Assembly (NCBI GenBank): GCA_021734445.1
Contig: JAIPIY010000001.1
Coordinates: forward strand, 185,306-249,305
DNA from: Minisyncoccota bacterium
GTDB lineage: Bacteria > Patescibacteriota > Minisyncoccia > Phycocordibacterales > UBA1006
Length of the DNA: 64,000 bases
Direction of reading: 5' to 3'
The translations under genes and the position numbers were made by a program. Below are positions 51,609 through 60,435 of the stretch, one piece after another. The notes beneath the pieces are model-generated. The model was not told the origin of the DNA. It made no database searches and worked only from the letters and a program-made list of their open reading frames with translations. Each line of letters begins with the position of its first letter. Within the stretch, counting starts at the first letter, position 1.

Positions 51609-51777
51609 ATGCGTATATAATTACTTTTAAAACTTGTTAATAATGATAGAGCATCACCAGAGCGATACTGCATCGATAGGAACCTTCATACGTTATTATA
51701 GGACATGGGTAAAAAAAGAGCAAGTGTTTTTTGAAAAAGGATGAATAAACACAAGGGTATTTTGCTGTCCATGTCAA

Positions 51778-53298
51778 CTATCTCGCGTATTCGATAATTC
51801 TTTGCTCTCGGATCAATGCAACTCGAATTTCTCCTGGATATTTTAGATCACTTTCAATTTTCTTTGCGATATCACGTGCTAATTGCTTGGCATGCAAATC
51901 AGAGACTTTTTCTGGGTATACAAACACACGAATTTCACGTCCTGCAGACAGTGCATACGATTTTTCAATACCTTCGAAGGAATTTGCGACGGCTTCTAGT
52001 TCTCGTAATCGTTTTAAATAGTTTTCTACGGTATCACGACGTGCCCCTGGGCGACCTCCTGATATCATATCGGCAGCCTGAACGATGATTGCCTCGATAG
52101 ATGCGTGTGGATAATCATCATGATGTGATTTCATTGCGTCAATAACCCGTTCATCTACGCCGAATTTTTGTAAAATACGAATTCCGATTTCAATATGAGT
52201 ACCCTGGACTTCATGATCCAATGCTTTTCCAATATCGTGTAATAATGCACCCGCTTTTGCTATGGCAACATCAGCGCCCAGTTCTTCGGCCAACATTCCT
52301 GCAATATGAGTCATTTCAATAGAATGCTGTAACACGTTTTGCCCATAGCTGGTTCGGAAATACAGTCGACCCACAATAGAAACAACCCGTGGATCCAAAT
52401 TGAATATACCACATTCATAAACCGCTTGTTCTCCTTTTTCTTTGATAATTTTATTGATTTCAGTTTTTGCTTTTTCAACTATTTCTTCTATTTTTGCTGG
52501 TTGAATACGTCCATCTAAAATAAGATTTTCCAATGCCAATCGTGCAATCTGACGACGAATAGGGTCAAATGATGAAATAACAATAGTTCCCGGAGTATCA
52601 TCAACAATCAATTCAACACCCGCTGTTCGTTCAAAAGCACGAATATTTCGTCCTTCTTTCCCAATAATTTTTCCTTTAACATCATCGTTCGGTATAGAAA
52701 CAGCCGTAGTGGTTACTTCGGATGCGGTCGAAGAAGCCAATCGGTTGATCACCGTAGCCAGTATATCTTTTGCTTTACGTTCGGTTTTTTCCTGCATAAA
52801 CAATTCTTGTTTTTGCATGTGGACCAACAAATCTTCTTCATATTGCTTTTCCACATCACGAAGCAATATATCCCGCGCTTCTTCTGATGATAATCGTGAT
52901 ATTTTTTCTAGTTCTTTTCTTTTTTCAAGTTCAGAATTTTGTATTCTTTCTTTGATTTTTTTTACTTCTTCTATCTTCACCTGCAATAACATTGATTCAC
53001 GATCCAAATCTGTTTGGCGCTTATCCAACAGTTCTTCTTTTTTCACCAATCGATCTTCAGTTTTTTTCAATTCAACCCGAGTTTCTTTTTCTTCTTGTTC
53101 CACCATCAATAGACGGTCTTCTGCTTTTTGTTTTGCTTCGTCTTTTATCTTTTGAGCATCATCTTTTGCTTGAAGGGTCATTTGTTTAACCTCGAGCTCT
53201 AAAGATTTTCGTTGCGAAATAGCAAAAAGATATCGCGCAATATACCCCAAAACACCCCCGACAATCAGGGTGACAAAAACGAGAATGATAGTATTCAT
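51778..53298 (-). CDS. rny: Ribonuclease Y
   Basis: N-terminal TM helix, coiled coil, KH GKIIGKEGRNIR, HD HDIGK, YPGEI. Confidence 0.97.
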   Translation of the reverse strand: MNTIILVFVTLIVGGVLGYIARYLFAISQRKSLELEVKQMTLQAKDDAQKIKDEAKQKAEDRLLMVEQEEKETRVELKKTEDRLVKKEELLDKRQTDLDRESMLLQVKIEEVKKIKERIQNSELEKRKELEKISRLSSEEARDILLRDVEKQYEEDLLVHMQKQELFMQEKTERKAKDILATVINRLASSTASEVTTTAVSIPNDDVKGKIIGKEGRNIRAFERTAGVELIVDDTPGTIVISSFDPIRRQIARLALENLILDGRIQPAKIEEIVEKAKTEINKIIKEKGEQAVYECGIFNLDPRVVSIVGRLYFRTSYGQNVLQHSIEMTHIAGMLAEELGADVAIAKAGALLHDIGKALDHEVQGTHIEIGIRILQKFGVDERVIDAMKSHHDDYPHASIEAIIVQAADMISGGRPGARRDTVENYLKRLRELEAVANSFEGIEKSYALSAGREIRVFVYPEKVSDLHAKQLARDIAKKIESDLKYPGEIRVALIREQRIIEYAR

Positions 53299-53308
53299 AT
53301 ATTTATAA

Positions 53309-53446
53309 GCACAGAACAAGGCTACACAAAAATGGACTACTCGCTTTCAAAAGAACCCGTGAACCTTTTCTTTGAACTATTTCAAAGAAGAAAGGTCTTT
53401 TACAAGGAATGGTACAAAAATCTCTGCATACACCCGTTATGTGCAC
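53309..53446 (-). ncRNA. Possible 6S-like RNA upstream of rny
   Basis: Rod-like fold: GCACA/UGUGC and UAUGCAGAGA/UUUUUGUGUA closing stems, central bubble, apical UUCUUUGAA/UUCAAAGAA hairpin. Confidence 0.4.
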
Positions 53447-53550
53447 CATACAATGAGATTAATAAAAAATACACGACATACTGAGAAAATACCATGAGAT
53501 GTGTATTAATCTCATGGTATCACAAAACATTGTAAATTGTCGAGAAAAAT

Positions 53551-54471
53551 CTAAAAATCGCCTTGATTCGAAGCAAAAGACTCTTGTGGCAACATAACCA
53601 TACTCAAAGACTGTGCAAATTCTTTTGAACGTCTTCGGAATGAATCTGGATACATAGGGAAATAGCTATTTCCTAATTCTGCAACTTTTGCCAAAGATTG
53701 TGACAATTGCAAAGCTAATTGATCTGCAAAAAGAGGATGATTTGATTTTTGATCAACAATAAATGCATACATTTCTTCTAATCGATTCGAATATTCATCC
53801 AAAGACAAATTTCGACACCAGTTTGTAACATTGTCTAGATCAAAAAAATGCAATTCTCGTGCGCGAACGTATTCATTCAAATACCCTTCTTTCAAAGGTT
53901 TTAATAATTCATTCACCTGATATGCCGTTATCGCCAATGCATCGCCTTCTTTATACACATCTCCAGCGCATTCTTTTGCTATTTCTGCCAATGGGCGTAT
54001 GTTTCGCACCATATCATAAAAATATTCTTCACGTCCTGTACCTGGTAATGAAGAAAACAATGTTGCCAAAGATTCTCGTACCAAATCAGCAAACGCTCGT
54101 CTGTCTTTTTCTCCAACCAGAGGTAATTTGGTATTTTCTAAAAATGATTTCAATTGATCAGTGTCTTCCAATGTCAACAAAAGTTCTTTTTGATAGGTAT
54201 TTTCATCTGAAAAAGAAGATTCTAACGAAACGCCGAAACCAGCATTTCGAAGAGTAGGGGCATATGCAATTTGAAATTTCTCCGGAGAAATTTGATTATG
54301 CAAAGGGTCTTTTGGGTCTGGGTGTTCATCACCCATATCACGACCAGAAGATGCATCTGGGGTATACATACGCGCACGATCTAATGCATCCAAGCAGTTT
54401 GCAATATTCTCCAATTCTGGAGACTGAAATGCTTCACGAGATTGAAAAACAGGAGTTCGTTCCATAGACAT
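53551..54471 (-). CDS. Hypothetical protein
   Basis: 306-aa ORF whose start overlaps the clpP stop. Confidence 0.7.
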   Translation of the reverse strand: MSMERTPVFQSREAFQSPELENIANCLDALDRARMYTPDASSGRDMGDEHPDPKDPLHNQISPEKFQIAYAPTLRNAGFGVSLESSFSDENTYQKELLLTLEDTDQLKSFLENTKLPLVGEKDRRAFADLVRESLATLFSSLPGTGREEYFYDMVRNIRPLAEIAKECAGDVYKEGDALAITAYQVNELLKPLKEGYLNEYVRARELHFFDLDNVTNWCRNLSLDEYSNRLEEMYAFIVDQKSNHPLFADQLALQLSQSLAKVAELGNSYFPMYPDSFRRRSKEFAQSLSMVMLPQESFASNQGDF

Positions 54472-55058
54472 TATTTACGTTTATCAATAATTTTATCAAC
54501 GATACCGTATTTTTTGGCATCTTCTGCATTCATATAAAAATCACGCTCTACATCGGTTTCAATTTTTTTAATAGCTTGTCCTGTATTTTTTGCAAGAATT
54601 TTATTCAAATTATCACGTGTTTGCAAAATATGTTTTGCAGTAATAGCGATATCGGTTGCCTGACCTTCGACACCACCTAATGGCTGATGAATCATGACTT
54701 CGGCGTTTGGTAGGATAAAACGTTTTCCTTTTTCTCCTGATGACAACAACAATGCCCCAGCCGAAGCAGCCATACCCACACAAATAGTCGAAACTGCGGG
54801 CTTAATAAAATGCATGGTGTCATAGATTGCCATCGCTGCAGTTACCGAACCCCCAGGGGAATTGATATACAACTGAATATCTTTTGTGCTGTCTTCGGAT
54901 TCAAGAAACAATAACTGGGCAATAATAATATTAGCTACATGGTCATTAATCGGGCCACCCAAGAAAATAATACGTTCACGCAATAATCGTGAATAAATAT
55001 CGTACGCACGTTCACCAAATTGTGATTTTTCGATAACGGTTGGAATAAGAATTGACAT
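54471..55058 (-). CDS. clpP: ATP-dependent Clp protease proteolytic subunit
   Basis: [27 protein letters not shown]. Confidence 0.98.
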   Translation of the reverse strand: MSILIPTVIEKSQFGERAYDIYSRLLRERIIFLGGPINDHVANIIIAQLLFLESEDSTKDIQLYINSPGGSVTAAMAIYDTMHFIKPAVSTICVGMAASAGALLLSSGEKGKRFILPNAEVMIHQPLGGVEGQATDIAITAKHILQTRDNLNKILAKNTGQAIKKIETDVERDFYMNAEDAKKYGIVDKIIDKRK

Positions 55059-55132
55059 AATATTTAAAATAAAAGGAATAATCTGTATCTCACGTGGTTA
55101 GTATAACAGAATTGTATTAAAAAATCATTTCT

Positions 55133-56113
55133 TTAATACAAAGAGATTTTCAAGCTTTTTTGAAGATTATATGTATTCCCGTGGCTCAATAGCCCTCGAT
55201 ATGAATTTACTGTTTCAGGTTTTGGATAATTTCTAAGGTTTTTTATCACCTTTCGCTTGGTTGTTGTTCTTATCTGACGATAATGAGGAAAATGTACCCA
55301 GCCCAAGAAATCAACGCCCGAAGCATATGTTTTTATGTACACTTTATCTGGATGAAGCTGTAATTTTAACGTGTTATTTAAAAATAAGTTTATGTTAGAT
55401 AATAAATTTTCAAGATATTTTTTGTCTTGAGACAAAATAACGAAATCATCAGCATATCGAATATAATACCTTACCCGAAGTTCTTGTTTCATATACATAT
55501 CAAACTCATGCATATAAATATTCACAAGCAACTGCGATGTCAGATTCCCCAGTGGCAACCCAACACCTTCTCGAGTTATCTGAAAGCTTTTTATCACTTG
55601 ATGTATCAACCACAACATCTCATCATCTGCAATATGTCGTTTTAAAATAGATTTTAGTACATCATGATCAATACTTGCAAAAAATTTTCTCACGTCACAT
55701 TTTAAAACGTAACATGTTTTTGTATTATTTTTTGATACTTTATTTGCGAACACCTTAAATCTTTCAAACGCCCGATGGGTACCTTTATATTTACGACATG
55801 AATATGAGTCATAAATAAATCTATCATCAAAATACCAATACAATTCTTTATAAATTAAATGATGTACCACCCTATCACGAACAATTGCTTTATGAATATT
55901 TCTTGGTTTAGGGTCAGAAACATTAAATGCAAAATATCCTGAATGTTCGTAGGTTCTTGTATGTAACATAGTATGTAGTTCTATAATATTATCTGCAAGA
56001 TGTGCTTCAAATTCCATGACATCTTTTTTATTACGCTTGCCACGGATAAAACGCCCCCATGTCGAGAGAATATTTTCTATTGATATGATATTATGATAAG
56101 TATGAGTGAACAT
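55133..56113 (-). CDS. DGR reverse transcriptase
   Basis: RDRVVHH, KCDVRKFFASIDH, GLPLGNLTSQ (DGR-type SQ), RYADDF, DFLG. Confidence 0.95.
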   Translation of the reverse strand: MFTHTYHNIISIENILSTWGRFIRGKRNKKDVMEFEAHLADNIIELHTMLHTRTYEHSGYFAFNVSDPKPRNIHKAIVRDRVVHHLIYKELYWYFDDRFIYDSYSCRKYKGTHRAFERFKVFANKVSKNNTKTCYVLKCDVRKFFASIDHDVLKSILKRHIADDEMLWLIHQVIKSFQITREGVGLPLGNLTSQLLVNIYMHEFDMYMKQELRVRYYIRYADDFVILSQDKKYLENLLSNINLFLNNTLKLQLHPDKVYIKTYASGVDFLGWVHFPHYRQIRTTTKRKVIKNLRNYPKPETVNSYRGLLSHGNTYNLQKSLKISLY

Positions 56114-56495
56114 AATAAAAACATTAAATCTACCCCCCCCCCCGTTAGTATTGGTACGAGCAAAAGAAGTGTATCGTGTGTGGCACTTGCATCTTTCTCA
56201 TGTTAAACGAGTTGATCGTTATACTATTGGAACAAAAATTGATGATGAATTTATATCTATTCTTGAAATAATATTCCGAGCAACTTTTGCGTATGATAAA
56301 TTTGAAAAACTTTCTCTTGTGTCACAAGCTCTTGGTAAAAATGATCTTCTAAAATTCTTTCTGCAATTAGGTTGGGAACAAAAAGTTCTTAATCACACAA
56401 TATACGGACAACTCATTATTCTTTTGGATGAAGTTGGACGTATGTTAGGTGGTTGGAAGAAAAATCTCCAAGAAAAAACTCCCACCAACAAATAA
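56106..56495 (+). CDS. avd: Avd-like four-helix-bundle accessory protein
   Basis: DRYTIG, LKFFLQL, EVGRMLGGW signature; start uncertain (GTG 56106 or TTG 56151). Confidence 0.85.
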   Translation: MNIIKTLNLPPPPLVLVRAKEVYRVWHLHLSHVKRVDRYTIGTKIDDEFISILEIIFRATFAYDKFEKLSLVSQALGKNDLLKFFLQLGWEQKVLNHTIYGQLIILLDEVGRMLGGWKKNLQEKTPTNK

Positions 56496-56520
56496 GTTAG
56501 TGGGAGAAAAAAATGAGTAG

Positions 56521-56637
56521 CAGAAGCACAACAGGCAATTGTCACCGTCCCAGTCATTCTCGAAGTTCCCGAGGTTGAACTTCCAGTCACCGTCCGAGTT
56601 CCGGTTCACGTTCGGCACCCTGTGGTAACCGTCAGAG
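56521..56637 (-). repeat. DGR template repeat (TR)
   Basis: 117-nt AAC/AAT-rich copy of the VR; translates SDGYHRVPNVNRNSDGDWKFNLGNFENDWDGDNCLLCFC. Confidence 0.95.
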
Positions 56638-56905
56638 GACGCCCAAGCTTTTTGTATGAAATATTGTCTATTCCACCACATCTAACACCAGTCAGACGTT
56701 GTATTTCATTTGGAGTTTAAAAACTCTCTCATATTTCACACCGACTTATTTTTGTTTTTTCATTCAAGGAGGCTCTCGTTTCAAAGGCGTACCCATCAAA
56801 CTTCTCGCCAAAACCCTGTACGAGATTTCAATGCCGTGAAGTCGTAACCGCACGTTCGTATCTACTTTCCAAAATCAGTATAACTGAAATATAAAAAATA
56901 AAAAA

Positions 56906-56929
56906 GAGCACTTGCTTTCGCAAGTGCTC
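56906..56929 (-). promoter_or_regulatory. Hairpin 3' of VR (DGR cruciform and/or terminator)
   Basis: GAGCACTTGC-GAAA-GCAAGTGCTC followed by a T-rich tract. Confidence 0.75.
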
Positions 56930-56977
56930 AAAGGGTCAAAGACCCAAATTAGAAACAAGGTACCAAGTGCCAAAGGA

Positions 56978-57643
56978 CTATAAGTCGCAGAAGCACAACA
57001 GGCAACGGACACCGACCCAGTCAAGCCCGAAGTCCCCGAGGAGGAACCAACAGCCACCGTCCGAGCACCGGAACACGAGCGGCACCCTGCGGTAACCGTC
57101 AGAGTCTTTCCACAGAGAATCCTTTTCATCAAAGGACACTGTGTATTTACCCACCGGAAACTCGTCTGGCTTGTTGGCTTGCAACAAAGTGAGACCTTGT
57201 CCACCCACGAGGATGGCATGTTGCTTCGCAAGGAATCTCATACAATCTTCGCTGGTTACCGTTGCCAATATCGGGAAGATTCGCACGCGATACTTCTTGC
57301 TCGGCTCCAGCTCGTTGGTCGCTTTCGCAAAATTCTTGCTGGTAAGGGCATCATTGAAGTAATACGTGGTTGAAAGCAGTTTGGTCTTCCCGGCAAAGGT
57401 ATCGAGCTGGGTGTCGTGCTTGTAATCTGACGGCACCGTGAACTCGAAATCCTTTATTGCGGGACCGAAACGCTGGTCCACCATGGCAAGTTTTTGCAGG
57501 ATCGGCTTGATCTGTTTCTGCATTTCACCACCAGATTTGATAATTTCCTGAGCCTCTTCTTTTGAGAGGTTCAACGCCCTGAGACCATCTCGAAAGAGGT
57601 CGGTCAGACGATTTTCTTGGCTTGACGTGATCTTTTCAGTCAT
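56978..57643 (-). CDS. DGR target protein with C-terminal VR (probable C-type lectin-like fold)
   Basis: VR encodes the last about 40 aa; promoter TTGACT-N17-TATGAT at 57720-57692. Confidence 0.9.
   Translation of the reverse strand: MTEKITSSQENRLTDLFRDGLRALNLSKEEAQEIIKSGGEMQKQIKPILQKLAMVDQRFGPAIKDFEFTVPSDYKHDTQLDTFAGKTKLLSTTYYFNDALTSKNFAKATNELEPSKKYRVRIFPILATVTSEDCMRFLAKQHAILVGGQGLTLLQANKPDEFPVGKYTVSFDEKDSLWKDSDGYRRVPLVFRCSDGGCWFLLGDFGLDWVGVRCLLCFCDL
56988..57104 (-). repeat. DGR variable repeat (VR)
   Basis: Aligns ungapped to the TR with 21 mismatches, 20 of them at TR adenines. Confidence 0.95.
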
Positions 57644-57743
57644 CGTTCTTGTTTTTAAATCGTGAAAAAGGACTATTCCTGATTCTGGTATATCATAGCA
57701 TGAATGAGTATAAAAGTCAAATATTAGACTTGAATTCTTTGGG

Positions 57744-57824
57744 ATTCCCTCATGCGCCTGCCTTTGCCGGCAAACAGGCGGGAATAACTGTTGGATGTGT
57801 TCAGATTCCCACCTACGTGGGAAT
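57744..57824. repeat. Two dRS3-like palindromes, one carrying an inserted REP-like hairpin
   Basis: ATTCCC...GGGAAT at 57744-57785 (encloses GCCTG..CAGGC) and 57805-57824. Confidence 0.65.
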
Positions 57825-57876
57825 GACAGCAGAGGAGGAGGAAAAACCCCGTCGCTCGCGAGCGACGGGGTTAAAC

Positions 57877-58947
57877 TTATTTCTTACCTCCTTTTTCCAA
57901 AAATCCAAAGACTTTTTGGTTGGTTACCACCTGATCCACATACGCACGCACATGTTGTTCATCAGCATCTTTGTAGTTTTCCATAACCTTTGTAACTTCT
58001 GGTAGTAATTCTTCTTCTGTTGCCTGCAATTTTTCTTCTTCTGCAATTTTGGTAACTACCATTTGCATCAAAGCTCGTTTTTCTGCATCTGGTCTCCAAT
58101 CGTTTCGTAGATCTTCTCGAGTTTTGTTAATATGCTGTAGATAATCATCTGTTTTGATACCCATGTTTGCGATATCTCCTTCCATGCGGTGCATCATGGT
58201 ATCCAATTCATGTTCTACAATAATATCTGGCAATTCTACCGCAGTTTTTTCCAAGATAGCATCCATGATCAACAGCCGTACACGGTCTGATTCTTTTTGT
58301 TCTTTTTCTACCAACATGTTTTCTTTGATTTTTGCAGTCAATTCATCCACTGTTTTAAAATCTCCAATAGTTTGTGCAAAAGCATCATCCAACACTGGCA
58401 AATCTTCTTCTTTTATTTCATCTTTTCCATGAGAACACTCTTCTCCTTCTTCACACGTATGAGGGCCTGCTTCTTTTTCTGCTCGCATTTTGCGTAATTG
58501 AAGAAGGGTTTTCTCCATTTCAGCATCTTCTACCGTGACTGTCTTTTTTTCTTTGAGATTTTTTTCTGCAATTTTTGTATATTCAGGAAGTTTGATTTCA
58601 GGCAAAACTGCAGTAACGATTTTGTATTCTACAGGATTTCCTACAGCCAATTTGGTCAGGGTAATTTCAGGTCGTCCAATAGCATCTATTTTGTGTTCCA
58701 TCAAAATATCCACATAATGTTTTCCTACTGCCAAATATGCCATTTCTTCTAAAATAGGGGTTTCACCAACCTTTGCAACAAGGATTTTTTCAGGAACTTC
58801 GCCTTTGCGAAAACCATCAATTTTTACATTTTCTGCAACACGTTTTACCGCTTGGGCGCGATATTTTTCCAACATATCAGCTGGAAGGGTTGCGGTTATC
58901 TCAACTTGGCTTTTTGGTAATGTTTGTATTTTTGCTTGTGTACTCAT
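57877..58947 (-). CDS. tig: Trigger factor (apparently lacking most of the PPIase domain)
   Basis: Ribosome-binding IDGFRKGEVP; LPVLDDAFA; upstream of clpP. Confidence 0.93.
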   Translation of the reverse strand: MSTQAKIQTLPKSQVEITATLPADMLEKYRAQAVKRVAENVKIDGFRKGEVPEKILVAKVGETPILEEMAYLAVGKHYVDILMEHKIDAIGRPEITLTKLAVGNPVEYKIVTAVLPEIKLPEYTKIAEKNLKEKKTVTVEDAEMEKTLLQLRKMRAEKEAGPHTCEEGEECSHGKDEIKEEDLPVLDDAFAQTIGDFKTVDELTAKIKENMLVEKEQKESDRVRLLIMDAILEKTAVELPDIIVEHELDTMMHRMEGDIANMGIKTDDYLQHINKTREDLRNDWRPDAEKRALMQMVVTKIAEEEKLQATEEELLPEVTKVMENYKDADEQHVRAYVDQVVTNQKVFGFLEKGGKK

Positions 58948-59102
58948 AGTGTTGTATCTTAACCCCGAATGGCTGTTTTGTCAAAGCAAAGCAGTATAAA
59001 AGTTTGACACTTTGTACAACTGTGATATACTACACACAGAAGCATTGGAATCGTTCCACTGCACATAACAATAATTGTTGAACCTTAAAAAAATCAACCG
59101 CA

Positions 59103-59579
59103 ATGAACATGCAAGAAGCTGTTTCTGAGAACAAGAAAATTTCTTTCTCTATCTCCACACGATCTATCTGGTCGATGTTAGGATTCATTACCATCTGCGG
59201 GTTTGGATACCTGCAGGCGGTGTATTTCATCATTCCAGGAATAACAGAGTTTCTGTCTTATTTCGACAATGAACCTGTATCGATTGAAACGAGCGTGCGC
59301 CTGATTTGGGTGCCCATTATTGGCTATTTGATCATCGGAACAGGTATTTGTCTACTGGTGAATGCCTTCAAGAAATTGAATGGGTACACTGAAAAAGGTC
59401 TCATCTCGATTCTTGTAGTAGGTCTCATGATAAGTTTTATGGGGGCACTCTCTGGTATTATGACATCATTTATGATGGATAATGGAATTCCTTTTGGTTT
59501 AGTGGGAGGGCTTATACTAGGTGTTATGATAGGTCTTCTATGGGGTCTCGTGGTAGGGTTTATCGAAGAGTTCAAATAA
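59103..59579 (+). CDS. Membrane protein, paralog of 19266..19727
   Basis: Shares TRSIWS(M/L)LGFI(T/A)ICGFGYLQ and WVPI. Confidence 0.78.
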   Translation: MNMQEAVSENKKISFSISTRSIWSMLGFITICGFGYLQAVYFIIPGITEFLSYFDNEPVSIETSVRLIWVPIIGYLIIGTGICLLVNAFKKLNGYTEKGLISILVVGLMISFMGALSGIMTSFMMDNGIPFGLVGGLILGVMIGLLWGLVVGFIEEFK

Positions 59580-59693
59580 CCCCACACAACAACACACCCC
59601 GTCGACCATCTTTGGTTGACGGGGTATTTTTTTACTCATCATAAATCAAAACCCCGTCGTTCGCGAACGACGGGGTGATTGTTAAATTATTAG

Positions 59694-60110
59694 CTAGTCC
59701 ACCCGAGAACCTCCTTTTAATTCATTATCTAAATCATCATCAAGATCGATAAATGGTTGAGTGGGGTCAATTTCTTCTCCTTGAACTCTTTCAATAATAC
59801 CTCTTTTGGTATCAAATATCCCTTTTTCAACCTGACTAAAAAGTTTGTGTACAGGAGAATTTGGATCGAGAATAATTTGTTGAGCTTCTTTTATGTATTT
59901 TTCCATGTGGGGAATGTAATCACCGTATTTATCTACGGATTGTTTGTGATACGATTGTACATCTAATCCGTCTCTGCTTTTATACAAATGTTTACTGTCA
60001 CCAAAATCACCAGAAATATGTGCTACAATTTTCCAGAAATACTTTTCATCACAACCTGGGGGAACTGGACTGTTTTCTGGGTTCTTTTTATTTGGCAATC
60101 CTTCATGCAT
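59694..60110 (-). CDS. Hypothetical protein, paralog of 16322..16765
   Basis: Shared LDP..P.H and KGG(S/T)R(V/I)D C-terminus. Confidence 0.72.
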   Translation of the reverse strand: MHEGLPNKKNPENSPVPPGCDEKYFWKIVAHISGDFGDSKHLYKSRDGLDVQSYHKQSVDKYGDYIPHMEKYIKEAQQIILDPNSPVHKLFSQVEKGIFDTKRGIIERVQGEEIDPTQPFIDLDDDLDNELKGGSRVD

Positions 60111-60170
60111 ATCTATAATCGTATCATACAAAAAACACCCCGCCAAGGGGTGTTTTTTGTAGAGAATTTC

Positions 60171-60434
60171 TTATTCCATTTCTTCTAATTCGGCCAAATC
60201 AGCATCCAATTCTGCGAAATCCATTGATTCTAATTCTACCTCGAGAACCTCGGTAGATTCATCAGATGCATCTTGTTCGGCAATAGTTTCAGTATCTTCT
60301 ACGGCATACATGTCTTCTTGATCAGACACATTTGCACCTCGAATCCAAAGAAAAATTGCCAATAGCACAATAATGCCCATAACCGCCCACGCCCATGTAG
60401 TATTTTTTGTTGATTCTTGTGTTACTGGGTCCAT
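60171..60434 (-). CDS. Small single-pass membrane protein
   Basis: TM helix and acidic tail. Confidence 0.7.
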   Translation of the reverse strand: MDPVTQESTKNTTWAWAVMGIIVLLAIFLWIRGANVSDQEDMYAVEDTETIAEQDASDESTEVLEVELESMDFAELDADLAELEEME

Positions 60435-60435
60435 A

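Larger units (their letters stand above)
55133..57720 (-). mobile_element. Diversity-generating retroelement (DGR)
   Basis: RT, Avd, TR/VR pair with adenine-specific differences, target gene and downstream hairpin. Confidence 0.95.

Noticed and set aside
55133-56113. RT as a group II intron maturase or retron
   Set aside because: SQ motif, short length, adjacent Avd and the TR/VR pair identify a DGR
56445-56681. 78-aa ORF across the TR
   Set aside because: TRs are commonly open in the VR frame; no independent evidence of translation
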